Part shown: positions 40,088 to 53,200 of the stretch, piece by piece | Layout of the letters: each line of letters starts with the position of its first letter | Position numbering within the stretch: position 1 is the stretch's first letter | Source: Gnetum montanum | Taxonomy: Eukaryota; Plantae; Gnetophyta | Reading direction: 5' to 3' | DNA length: 64,000 bases | Assembly (NCBI GenBank): GCA_015680685.1 | Contig: MNCI01002242.1 | Location: 443,478 to 507,477 of the forward strand | Translations under genes and position numbers: made by a program | The notes under the pieces: model-generated | Databases searched by the model: none | What the model was told of the DNA's origin: nothing | The model's input: the letters and a program-made list of their open reading frames with translations, nothing else

Positions 40088-42862
40088 AGTTTACATATGA
40101 TCTTTATTGACTTGGAAAAAACATATGATAGAGTGTCTAGAGATATTACCTAGTGGGCCTTGTGGATTGAAAACATCTTGGATAAATATATTAAAATAGT
40201 TCAAGACATGTATGAAAGAGCCACTACTAGAATTAGGGTCAAAGCTCAGCAGTGACTTAAGGCTCCCTTCAGCTCCTTGTCTTTGAAATTTCAGCTTCAA
40301 ACTTGACTTGAAAATTTATGAGAAGTGGTAGGATCACTCTTGGGGAAATTTTAATAGACAAGTCATGGTGAGCTCATGGCAAATCTACCGCAAGTTGTGG
40401 TTGCCCAAACCAACTACTTGAAACAGAGAATAAAATTAAGAAATACAAGCCACCATATACATAACAAATTGTGGTATTACAAGGCACAAGCTGAGTTGGA
40501 GACCACCAATGAGACCATGGGTTGTGGTAGCTACTCTGAAGTTATGTACCTGCCCGTACTTCAAATCTTGTTGATCACATGTCAACCATGAGTTGTGGTG
40601 GCCTTTACAACATTGACCACAAGAGGACCACGAGTTGTGGCCAATGAAAAACTTAAAAGATGATGAGTCATAGGGCAATCATGGTAGGAAGAACACAACT
40701 CCTGTTGGGGTTGTATTCTCGAAGAACATGACTCATGGTGACTTCATGGTCTAGGATAAACCAAAAACAATAAACAATAAACTTTGGGATAAAAACTAGA
40801 GTTGGATCTGGCCTTGGGTAGGGTAGATAAGGCAGGGAAAGTGATTGTTAACCTCTAGATATTGGAATTTAGGCTTTGAACAAACAATTACATCAAATTG
40901 ACATGACAAAACAGAGATAACATGAAATGTCTTCAATTCTTCATAAAATTGCCTTAAAGCATGCATGGGATGATGAGAAAGCATGTATCAAATGTCCATC
41001 AAACTTCCAATGCTTGAGAAATGCTCCATTCAATGAGATTTCTGAAGGAAATGGACTACATACCAAGTGGAACAAGAAATCCTAAAAGAGGGTTTGCTCC
41101 AAGTGAAAAATCTGGGAAAATTAAGAGTGAAAAGCATAATTAGGGCTAAATGTGAGTTGAACCTCCATACATCTAACATCTAATGCAAGAGAAAAACATG
41201 CATGCTTGTCCAAACACTTATTAAATCCTTGAATTCAACACATAAACCACCTAAACTTCAACAATAAAATGAAATATGAGAAAAAACATGAGAAGCTTAA
41301 GAGAATTTGTTTAGGAGCTTAGATTGAGAGTTCCGTGTATGAGACCTCCTTTAATTCCTTGTGAGATTTTGCCAAAGAACTATGATAATTGAGTGAGAAA
41401 TCATGTGAGAATTGGCTGTGAGAAATATAGAAAGGGGAGGTTCAACTTATGATAGAATCTTCATTGATAGAATGCAATAAAGTGAGAGAGGCTGAAAACT
41501 GAAGAGAATTTCAGCACAATGAGCTTGGAAAGCACACACACAAATGAGGGAAAGAGAGCTTCTATTTCTTCAAGCTTACACTCACTATAATGGCCTTTAA
41601 TGAGGGGTATGCTTTTATTTATAATTGTTTGAAGGGGAGAGCTTTGCCAAAATGGCATGCTCTAACATGAAGGCCTATTAATCCCCTTTCTCCATTTTTG
41701 ATATTTTCTTCTCCCTATGTTTTTTGCTTCCACACAGCATGCAAACTAAACTTCTAAACACAAAGGATCCAAACATGACTTTCAAAGACTACTTCTGACT
41801 CCTAATGACTTCTACCAACTTCTTCATGGCTTCAACATAATTTGATCATATAAACAAAGACAAAATATAAGGAAACAAGACATGAACAGATAGGAAGGAG
41901 GTTGGAACACATTCACACTACACTCAACAATTAGAACACTTTGTGAAATCATACTTGTTTTTACAGTCATAGGAGGTCTACATCAAGGGTCTACACTTAA
42001 CCCATAGTTATTTGCTATTGTGATGGATGAATTTACAAAGGAAATAGAAGATGAAATTTACTGGTGTATGCCATTTACAGATGATATTGTGTTGGTGGAT
42101 ACAACTTGAGAAAGTATTACTGCTAAAATCGAAAAGTGGAGACATACTCTAGAATCAAAAGGATTAAGAATTACTAGAAGTAAGGCAGAATATATTGTAA
42201 TATAATTTCATTAAAGGCATAAATAGTGGTAAAGTAGGAGTAACAATTTCAGGCCAAAAAGTCCCTAACTGCAAATAGTTATGCCACCTAGGATCAATGC
42301 TTCAATCAAATGGTGAAATTAATAAAGATATAAAAAATATGATTTAGGCAAGATGGTCAAAATGAACTAGCGGTATTTTATGTGATAAAAGAATCTCAAT
42401 AAAACTAAAAGGAAAATTTTATAGGACAGTAATGAGGTCTGCTATCTTATATGGTGCTGAATGTTGGGTAGTAGAAAAGAGGCATGAGCAACAAATCACT
42501 ATGGTAAAAATGCAAATGCTTGGATGTTGAATGTTATAAGAAAAAATCAACTTTAAAATACAAACATTAGAGGAAGTTTGGGAGTTCTATTTTAGATAAG
42601 CTATAGAAATGGTGTCTTCGATGGTTTGGGCGTGTGCAAAGAAGATTAGATAATGAGCCTATTAAAAGGTTGCTACATCTCTGTTCCAGCAAAGCCACCC
42701 AAATGAAGATTAAAAACATGGAAAAAAAAATGATTGAACATGATATAAAGAAATTACAAATAAACAAAGATCTAGTTTTTCCTAGAGGTGAATAGCCAAA
42801 GAGAATTCATGTAGGTGACCCCATTTTGGTAAGACAAGGTTAGGATGGTGATGATAATAATG
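40088..42862 (+). mobile_element. RTE-clade LINE, 5'-truncated, split by a solo LTR
   Basis: LHMIFIDLEKTYDRV...IVQDMYE (40090-40236) continues after the insertion as GLHQGSTL.P.LFAIVMDE...FTDDIVL and KLKGKFYRTVMRSAILYGAECW. (GAT)n-like tail at ~42845-42862. Confidence 0.9.
40237..41929 (-). mobile_element. Solo LTR (~1.7 kb)
   Basis: 5-bp TSD ATTAG (40232-40236 and 41930-41934). Minus strand starts TGTTGAG, TATAAATA at ~41620. No coding remnants; interrupts the RTE reading frame cleanly. Confidence 0.8.
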
Positions 42863-43092
42863 CTGTTTATCCAAATAAATTGTAGCTGAAAGGTAAAGAA
42901 TTGTTATCATGCTGCTAGAATTTTGCATATATGGTTTCATGAAATGTTCATTGCTGTTAGATGACAAGCTTGCTTTCTATTTTTCCGGTCATATTAAACA
43001 GAATATCCAGCAATAGTTTTCCTTCTCTATTCAAACTCAATCAAAATGGATTTTTAATATGGTTCTTTTATTTTTTATTTTAAATATGACAG

Positions 43093-43198
43093 GTTATTTT
43101 CTACAGAGTGCAAAAGTGGTCTTCGAGGTATGCTTGATGACAATAGCAACGTAATTGTAACAGCCAGTTCTGACCACACGGTACGCATATGGGGAAAG
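43093..43198 (+). CDS. Host gene exon B, WD40 repeat
   Basis: gacAG|G TTA TTT...GGA AAG|GTgaga. Translates (R)LFSTECKSGLRGMLDDNSNVIVTASSDHTVRIWGK, containing the WD40 signature VTASxDxTVRIW. Confidence 0.92.
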
Positions 43199-43786
43199 GT
43201 GAGATGAGCAAGGTTTATTTTTGCATCATTACCTGAAAACATTAGAGTTCACTTTCAATTCACAGCTTTCGAATTTATGTCTTCATTTGTCGTGTATGGA
43301 TTCTTTAAAGCATTACAAAGTTGAGCAGTAAATATGATTTTTACCTCTCTTGGGACTCGATTGCTGCCGTTACCATTTTGTATGTATATTCTGTTTATTT
43401 CTATTTGGCCATGCCGGGCTGCTCAGATTTTACTTATTTATGCTTTGGCTTAGATATATATGAGCATGTACTCTTAGGTTCAGATTGGCTATTTAACCAT
43501 TTTATTTGGTCATGCTTTTAATTTGTTGTAATTTCAATTATTATCCGAAATATATGTTGTTGTGTTAGTCTGAATATTGTATTTTAGATGCTTAGATATA
43601 AATCTCTAGAATGAGATTCTCTCTTAATAAACCATTTTAGTTACATGTATACGATGAGATTTCAGCAGTGGATGAGAGTTAGGGATTCTTTACAGGTTTC
43701 TGGATGAGAGTTATTCAATCATAGCTCAAGTTTCTCTGAATTTGTAGTTTACTTTATTACTAACAAAGCAACATGGTATCTTTCAG

Positions 43787-43998
43787 AATTTACAGCGTAC
43801 TTTAAGAGGGCATACAGGTGAAGTTACTGTTCTTGCTAATGACTTATTGGGAGACCAAGGGGCACCGGTACTTGCTAGCGGTGGTTCAGATTGTACTGTG
43901 CGGCTCTGGTGTTTATCATCAAATAAGCGTGGGCGATCGATGTTGAAAGCACCATTACATGGGCATGAAAATAATGTGAAGGATTTGGCTGTTGCTGA
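43787..43998 (+). CDS. Host gene exon C, WD40 repeats
   Basis: TACTAAC branch point at ~43758-43764, tttcAG acceptor, GA|GTatga donor. Translates NLQRTLRGHTGEVTVLANDLLGDQGAPVLASGGSDCTVRLWCLSSNKRGRSMLKAPLHGHENNVKDLAVA(E), with GH...LASGGxDxTVRLW motifs. Confidence 0.93.
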
Positions 43999-46916
43999 GT
44001 ATGACAAATCATGTCTCCTTTTATTGGTTATTTTCCCTTGTGGATTTGCTTTGTGGTTCTGTATTATTTTAGACCGAACTTGTAGTTTAGATAGTTATAT
44101 TATAAGTCACTTATACTTGATTTTTTTTCGCTATGAAATCTGTTTCTGTTCCAAATTATTTCTGAAATAAAATAATGAAACCGCATATCTGCATATCCTT
44201 CTTGGTGGTTGTGATTGGGTGGCCCCGTTGGTGCCTGTGTTCGTGTCTGATATGGCTAAGTCAATTCAGGTGATACCCAGCCATATTTGTAAATACGCAG
44301 TCATTTCCCAGCTATTGCATATTGCTAGTTCCTTTCCTGAGCACTCTTATCTATCAACAGTCCTTGTTGAGCTTCAGCAGCCCATACACAATTTCTTATC
44401 TGGCAATGCTTTGGTGCTTAATGGAGTCACTTCCCAATGTAACCATAATGGCTAATGGGCCGTCATTCTTCAGTTACATGAGTCTTGTCTTATATTTACT
44501 ACTGCCATGTGCATCAATTTGGATAATTTTGATTCTTGCTTGGAAGACACTGATGCTAACTTGAATTCCAAAATCCCTGCATCTTTAGGAGTGCAGTTAT
44601 TCATGACCTCCTCAAAAACTAAATTTGTTGATTGTCGTTATTAATATAGATACGTTTCAACAAGATGTCTTTAGCTTCAGCAGTGGGGACCCTGAGGGTG
44701 TCACATGCCAAGTACCAACTGCTTAATGTTTTCTTGAGTAAAGGTTTGGTCTCCATAATTCAAGATTGACTATGGCCTATTGGAGTGTGGGTATATCGCA
44801 AGTAATCATAAAGGACAGGACTTCTGCATATTTTGGAACTATTAGAGTGGGCTTGATTATACCTTAGGGTCTGGGTGCTGACTGGTGCTGAACGGTCCGC
44901 CTGTGCAGCCAGCCTGCCTGTCTGCCGTCAGCTTCCCTTGCCCTTTGCTTTCGCTGCCATCCTTGTATTAAAAAATGTATGGACCATGTAATGAAACGAA
45001 GGAAATCATATGTGCATTTACTGAAACGGGTCAACTTATTCGCTATCCATCCTTTCATAAATGCGCTGTAATTTTCTCTGGATCTAAATCATATTCTTTT
45101 TCCTTGAAATGAGAATCCTCATTATTTAATTTAATTTTTATGAGAATTCATCTTTTAAGGTTCTGCATTCATACTAATTTTAATTATGGTGAGAATTTCT
45201 TTTGTTGAGGTTTGTGCGTTGTTTTCTTGTAAAATGGCTGCGGTTGTAACTTCCTTTCTAGAATGTTCTTTAAATGCTGTGATAAAGAAAAACACGTTAT
45301 ACTTTTTCAGAAAATTAAGTGGAAACTGATCTCAAGAAAGGAAAGATGGTTGAAATTGAAGAAGCAAGGAATGATGACAAAATGAGGGTGTTTCTTTAAG
45401 TACCGACATCCTACACGCAGGACATTTTCAAAGAAATTGGACAGCAATGAAATTAGAATTCACAAGAAAACTTCAAAACATTTAGGGGAAAACATTGAAA
45501 GAAGAGTCTGGAACAGAAAAGCAATAAACTAGAGCTTAAAGGAAAATCTTAAACAGATAATCTTTATGCATTCAGAGGAAATCATTAAAAGATAGGCAGC
45601 TGCAGCAGAAATCCACGATGTAAAATCCATCAAAATTTAAAATGATTTTCTTATTTGCATTTTATTGGTTGTTTGACGCTTTGAGCAGGGCATTTTATTG
45701 TTGTCTGGGGCCTGACCATTCAGTTCCGGTCGGCACCCACCCCCTATAGTATATTTCAACCTTAGAGTGTATGTTTAAGAAACATTAAACATGGGAACAA
45801 CCTCAAGAGAGTACTGTATTATATTGTGTTGCTATTAATGGAACTTGGTAAGTCCATATTTTGCCATATGGAGGTGGTGCAGGTACACATAGATGTGAGT
45901 AGAGGAAGTCTCAAAAAGTGAAGGTGGAGTTTGACATCCCGTTCCTGGATATTATGAAAACATTAAATATAGGTAACATTTGATATTAGGCAAAATGAAC
46001 ATGATAGGGAAAATCCAGAAGGACCGAAAAGGAATTTTATTAATAATAAATGTGAAAATAAATGAGTATATTAAGGTCATGCTCGGAGGGTTCCCTTGGG
46101 TTATCTTCCTTTGGTATCTGTCCCTTAGAGGCAATCCAGTACTGCCATGATAGTTAGGCCTAGATCCAGCCAAGAAGAGGTGGCTAAGTCCCTTTTTATC
46201 TCACTTCACCCAGCACTTGTTACTCGGTTTTACTAGCTCTATAACTCTATGCTGATATGACCTCTAATTCCTAAGTATAAATACCTTAGGTCAAACCTTC
46301 AAAGGTTACCTCAAGAGACATGTTTGTTTGTTACAACATGCCTTTTTATTAAGGGTCTTATTACAATAATTACATCACTTGTTACAAAGGGACACCATCG
46401 TAGTAATGAAAGGCCACCATTGGGAATTGGGACATGATACCGAGTGGCTCACCTGGTTTCAGGTTACGTGACTTTCACTACAAGGTGGCATAATTAGAAG
46501 CTTTATCCGCCATATCATAATCACGCAAACAATCACTCATGTATGTATGTATGTATGTATGTTAGTTATTGATATAATGGTTTGGGGTTGTCAAGCTGGT
46601 TGATTTCAACCCCTTAATGAAGTGGGCTAAATGAAGTGGGCTAATGCTGCAAGTTTCAGCTCTCTCTCTTTCATCTTAACATAGATTGGATGGCGGTGAA
46701 CTTATGAGGAGTTATATTATTTTTCTGTTTTGCTGAACAAAAATTCCAACTTCTGGGCATTCTCAATTTTCAATATTTATGTTTCTTATCTCTTGATGTG
46801 AATATTTGTAGGGGCTTAGTGAAATTCTTCTTGAGATGCAAGTGAATCTTGAGCAGAAATAATAAAACTACCAAAAGTGTCTTAACAATATTGCTTGAAG
46901 ATGTCCTTTTCCAATC

Positions 46917-49900
46917 TTTTTTTTTTTTTGAAAAGAGGCCAAGCTGATTATATAACAAAAGAAAATTTTTATAGAAAAAAGAGGCAAGGGAGCAAAAATG
47001 CCTGAACTAGGAGACAAAACCCTAAGGAGGGGGTGGTGAGTTGGGGTGAGGGTTGGTGTGTAGGAGCCTCAAAAACATCCAACAATAGAAGACAAAAGCA
47101 ACGAACCTACCGGATATACCATACAAATGGATCCATGATGGCCCACATTTCGTTCATACCCAAAAATTAGGAACCCATAAAATGTAAGATAGAGATCATG
47201 ATGGAAATGATAAAAATGATACATTATACTAGATAGGAAGTTTTGTGCAAAAGCAACATGGTATTTCTTGCATGTGTACCATATCAAAAATATGCTTGTT
47301 AGCTTTCGAAGAAAGGAACCTAGTGGCCTGTTGAAAATTCTTATACTACTCCATTTGATCTTGAATCTTCTTTCCTAGGTGTCTTGCCTTGTTAGGATGG
47401 AGGCAGCACAAGTTTTGTCTAATAAATTTACATAGGTTATCCCAGGGTGTGAGGTTGTTAACCCCTATCGCATCATAGGCACATTTACCTGCTTAGAACC
47501 ATTATCTGGCATTGGACTCGTGTTCTTACCTGTCTTGCCCTCATAGCTTCCTCCTCTAGATGGTCCTTGACACTTTGGAAAGCCTTCTTTTCTCTAGTGC
47601 TCTTTTCTTTTGCCTTCTTTCTAAGATCCTCCCTAATTGACTCTTGAAGCTAATCTTCAAGCCTGCTCTGATAGGCCACCTTTTGAAGAGGCAGCTACCT
47701 TAGCTCCTTTTGCTCTTGTTCTTGTCTCTTTTTCTCTTTCTCCTCATGCTGTTGCTCCTCAATTATCCTCCTGTTGTGTTCTTCCTCTCTTATGCAAGTT
47801 TCAACTTATTTAGTGTTCTTGGTTAGATCTAAGGCAAACTTTGCCTCCATTTCCTTTCTCATACTAGCCTCCATTTCCTTGAGTTTCTATTGTAAGATTT
47901 TATTTGTTTTCTCCTCTAGCTGCCAATGTGGTATTGTTAGGTTTGGAGTTGACTGGATGGAGGAACTGGATCTGTGCTCTAGGGCAAGACTATCCTTCAG
48001 GAGAGAGGACTCCTTCTCCACCACAACCATTTGTCCTTTAAGGTTATCTCAAGAGGAAGAAGCACCATCCTTGAGCATATGTCACCTACAGTAATTCCTC
48101 CCAAAACAATGTTGTTTCAATGGGTTTGAAGGGGATGGGATCTGTAATTCCTTAGCAATTGTCTAGAGAGCAATAATCAAACCTGAGTGGCAGCCCCTTC
48201 TTCTTCTTTGGAGGGTAGCGAGGAAACACTTAGGGAGATTAACTTGCCTACTGAGTTGGAGGCAGAAAAGGAAATGAAAATGGACCCCCTACAGTTTCTA
48301 AACATTTCCAAAGTGGATGAAGTACCTATTGATGAGCTTAGCCAATCCTTGCATGAGAGGTGGTAGGTGTAATTTGGGCATTGGACATCTTAGGAACCAG
48401 CCCTTGGAAGAAAGCTTTGACATCTTACAATCCTCAACAGGTAGGAAGGACAATTTCTCTGACATTGGATAGGGTGAGGTATTCAGCAATTGCCTGTTCC
48501 GGAAGGGTGATGTAGACCCCTCTAAATTTTGTATGGATGTCTCTCCCGTGGCTAAAGAAGGATGTATCCATGTCAGGATCTCCTCTCATCTAAGGTACCA
48601 AGTCGACCTAGCCCACCTACCACACTAGCCCCCAAAGTTGCTCATTCTTTTGTAGTTGTTTAGTTTCGCTCAAATGTCAGAGTTACTTCAATTGCTGCCA
48701 CTGCCTCCTACAAAACAGTAGCGCATCTAGCAATCATAGTAGGGGGAGGAATTGCCACACTTCTGAAAATGAGTTTTTTCCTAGCTTTCCATAAAGACTA
48801 TAATAGGATACATGTAAGGGAGTCTTTGTGGGCCAGTGTGAGATGATCTAGTCCACTAGCCCTCCAAACCTAAGTAGCATAAAGGCATGTGTAAAACAAA
48901 TGTGATTGTGTTTTTTAGTGGCACCCCTATTACAAAGAATGTAGTGATCATTATTCTCGAGGTTGCAAAGTTAGAGGAACATTCTTGTTGGTGCCACTTT
49001 GTTGTGTATATACCATATAAACATTTTTATTTTTTAGGGAGCCTATTGTTCCAGATGGTACTTCACCCTTGTGTTTGGCTATACTTCCCTTCCAAGATGT
49101 CCTTGCAAGTAGCATTTATAGAAAGATCAAGGTGCTGTAGAGTATGGTATTGGTTGCAAATTTTGTGCTAGAATATTGAACCATTTTGAGTAGCTTTCTA
49201 AAGGTTATACTTTCTTTTAATGATATTAATCCATAGAGCCTCTTCATCATTCATGATCCTCTTGATGTGGTTATGATGGCCTAACATAATAAAGTCCTCA
49301 AATGTTAGAACACCTAGACCAAACACATTTCTTGGCTTGGCGGTTTTTTCCTAGCAAATGGGGTGAATTTTGGAGTCACCCTTTGCACCAAACCAAATGA
49401 AATGCATTAGAATTTGATTGACTTTATTCATTACTTGTGGTGGGATAGCAGTCGAGGCAACATATCTTGATATTGTAGAAAGAACAAAAGAGGTGAGAAC
49501 TTTCCCTTTGTTAAAAACCTTGATGTTCAATGTTGTATCCTCATCTAAAGCTTTTGAATGAACTGGGCCCATGTAACATTTCTCCTACATGCATAGATGG
49601 GACTCCCAAGGTAAAAATCTTCTCACCTTCCTTGCCCAATTCCTAGGAATCTGTAGATTCTTCCCTTTTATCAACTTGTCCATTTGGATGAAATGTGTTG
49701 TCGATTTCACCCAATTGATATGGAGACCCAACTCCTTACTCATGTGATTCAACACTCTTTTGATGGCCTCAACCCATGAAATGGTGGCTTTTATTGTCAA
49801 AATGGTGTCATTTGCATAATGGTCAGCTATGCAAGTAATAACCTCCACCTAGAGACCATTTACACCTTCAAACTTGCAATAAGAATTCATAGTATTCATG

Positions 49901-49945
49901 GATAGGATAAAATTGTATGGGGAATGGGGGTCCCCTTACTATAGC
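46917..49945 (-). mobile_element. 5'-truncated LINE copy 5 (RT C-terminus, zf-RVT, extension, coiled coil, J-domain, poly(A))
   Basis: T13 at 46917-46929. GDPHSPYNFIL...HYANDTIL (49585-49940), VLSTISRY...FIWFG. J-like CAYDAIGVNNLTPWDNLCKFIRQNLCCLHPNK at ~47310-47485. Confidence 0.9.
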
Positions 49946-50233
49946 ATGGGGGAAGCTGATATAGGGGAGGAAGCCCTGTTAGAATATAATCATAACATGA
50001 AGTGCAATCATTACTTTTGTAATGATTCAAGGTTGTTTGTAATCACTTATAAACAAGTTGTAATAAAAAGACATGACTTATTATGCAAGTTGTTACGACC
50101 TTATCTGTGAAAGGGTGAGAAAGGCTGAGGCATTCAAGTTCTTCTAGTAGGTGACAGCTTTTGGGAACACACAAGAGCTTTGTGCACAGCTAAACCTGGT
50201 ACATGTGCAGATTAGGCCAAACTGTAGCTGTGC

Positions 50234-50269
<36 letters not shown>

Positions 50270-53200
50270 NATGTGCATGGTTTTTGTGTGTTTCTACTCT
50301 TATTTCTCGTTTTCGCTTGTGTCTGTCTAGGAGGTTATGTTTGTTTTATGCAATGTGTCTATTTGCTTTATGATGCTTGTTGTTGCTATCTTGGTTGTTG
50401 GGGGTGCACCTCTTCCCCCACCGCCCCCCCCCCACCCTTCTTCCCTCCCTCTTTGTTTTTCTTTTGGGGTGATTTGTTTTTCCATTTTGTGGGAAGGTGG
50501 TTGTATGGCACCTATTGTTGTGGGATTTGTGGGGTTTGGAGCTAGGGAGGTGGATGACGATTGGTGACCTAGGAATGGAGGCATTGATTACCGGTTCCCA
50601 AAAGGGACAGGGCCATAAGGTTGCAAATGAGCGGACCTTCAGAGGAGGGTGTTCAAACCCTTGAGCGTGGTCTCATTGGAAAGTTTGTATCATTAGGGGC
50701 CAGATCGAAGTTGGATTTGATTTGGAGGTGGGCTTCCAAAACCTGGAATCTAAAAGAAGTGGAGGTTCGTACTTTGTCGAAGGAGCTCCTATTGTTCATG
50801 TTTAAATCTCTGGAGGAGTGCAAGAAGGTGTTGGTGGGGGAATTGTGGTTTTATGGGGCCCAAGGCCTCGTGCTCACACCATGGAGGTCAGGGGTGCACC
50901 ATGATGAGGACCTATTTTCTGAGATGCCGATTTGGATTTGTGTGTCCAAAATTCCTTGGGAGTTGTGGACTTTAGATTTTCTACGGACCCTTGTTGGTTT
51001 GTTTGGGGAGTTCATCTTGTTTGACAAGTTTACTTCCTCCATAGAGAGGATGGGGTATGCATGGTTTTGTGTGTGGAGATCATTTTCCACAAATGCTTTG
51101 GTAAAGGAGATTAGCTTAGAGCTTCCTATAGGGGAAGAGATGGTTTAGGATGAGTACGATAATTTGTCGGAGGAACAGAAGGATTCTACTCTGCCAAGGA
51201 GTGGGTGTCACATTTGTGGGAAGAGTGGACATGGGGCAGTTACTTTTTGCCTTCGTGGCAAAGCCAAAAATCCCCCAAAGGCTCAGGGGCATAAGGATGG
51301 TGAATGGGTTCGTGTGGGGTGTTGAGGGTGTCCAATTCACACCCCGGCGTTTGAGGAAAAGGAGGAACGTAACCAACAATCGTTTATTGAAGCTCCTTGC
51401 CAAAAGAGTCATTTGAGGTTTGAAGCCTCCCCCACCCCCTTCTCCTATTTCCCCAACAAAACAACAAGTGGATTTTCCATTGCTAGGGGTTGGATCTCAG
51501 TTGTTTGCAGAGGATCCATGCCTTCCATGGAGGAGGTGACCCCTCAGATTTCAACACCTCTGGGTAGTTTACCTATTTTGCCAAGCTTTAGCTAACCTAG
51601 ACACCCATCTGGCCCCCTAATCCAGGAAAAGAAAACACAGCTTGATATTGATTTAGGACTACAATTGACCTTGAAAAAGGTCTATAAGAAGCATTCTACG
51701 AGTCACCCATGAAGATCCTTTCATGGAATTGTAGGGGCCAGGGTACATCCTACAAGTGAAATACCCTGAAGGAAATGGTGCAAAGTGAGGCATGTGATGT
51801 GCTCTATTTGCAAGAAACAAAATTGCAGTCTTCTAAAATTCATTGGTTAAAATGGGAGGGATGGAGCCTCCAGTTTGTGCCTATGTGTGGGGCGTGCAAG
51901 GGGTCTAGTTGTCTTGGCTCGATCATCCTTGCAATTGAAAGATTCCTTGAATTGGAGTATTACGGTGAACCTGCCTACTATCGAGATTTGGTTGACCAAT
52001 TTCTATGGGGCCCAAGCTTGGGAGAGGCGGCTACAGGAATTGCAATGAGTGGTTGACCAAGTGCCTGACAAAGGGAGATGGGTCATTATCAATGACTTCA
52101 ATCAACGTTTGCATGCTTGGGAGAAGTTTGGGACGTATGCCTCTATGTCTCTAGGGGCCCAATGTTGCCAAATTTTCTTGGACTAGTATCGTCTGGTCAA
52201 CATGGAGATTGCCAATTGCCACTTCACCTGGAGTAACAAGTGAAGAGGCAAGGATTAGGTCCTTTCTAGGATCGATCGGGTCTAGATAAGTTTAGATCTA
52301 TTGTTGAGGTTTGATGTCAACGTCTTGGGGCAAGAAAGGCAGGCTTCGAACCATCGGTCCCTAATTTGCTGCTTGGGGAGGCATCATACAGGGCACCCTC
52401 GGCCATTTCTGTTCGAATGTTCTTGGCTACTCAAGCCATGGCTGCATCCCTTGCTTAAGGAGATTTTTTTTTTTTGTTTTGGGGGGCGGGGAGGATACAA
52501 TATTTGTGGTGGTGATCCGAGGAATTTCCTTCGTGATGGGTTGCTCAAGTTGAAATGGGTAATTCGATCAGAAAATGTTGAGGATAAATTCTCTTTTCAA
52601 GTTGGGTGCAGGACTCTCCAGGCCCGTTTGCGGATGATTTAGGCCCAACAAGAGGGCAGTGCTGACTTGGAAGATGAAGAAGTTGAGATTTTGAAGTAGC
52701 TCCAATGCCTTGACTTAGAAGAGGAAACTTATTGGAGGGAGCAGCCCCATATTCGTTGGCTTAGAGAAGGGGACTAGCATACACAATTCTTTTTCATGGT
52801 AGCTAAGTCTAATGGGTAGGTGAAGAAGGTGCTCCAACTTGCTCGGAATGGAGTCCATGTTGAGGATCCATGACTGTCTTGACTATGGTGGATGTGAAGG
52901 AGAACTGTCAGTTGCTAGCGCCCTTCACCATGTAGGAGCTAATTGATGATATGGTGTCTATAAAACCTGGTAAAGCACCTAGACTGGATAGATGAAATAT
53001 TGACTTTTTCTATGAATTTGTTGATTTGCTAGGGCCAAATCTCCTCAATGCTTTTAATCTGATGTTGACATGACAATAGGTGAGAAGGGAAATTAACTAT
53101 TCTAGAAGTGTTCTCATTGCAAAGAACCCAGGTGCATAAGATCCGACGCACTTCTGCCCTATTGGTGTGTATAATGTTTTGCTATGGCTATTTTCAAATA

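Noticed and set aside
43999-44170. ORF 43847-44170 read-through (AEYDKSCLLLLV...) as coding
   Set aside because: The GA|GTATGA donor and the much better matching exon at 59272 explain the continuation; the read-through is T-rich intron.
45930-46440. Possible small solo LTR (tgacatccc...gggacatgata)
   Set aside because: Termini are imperfect and no TSD could be identified.
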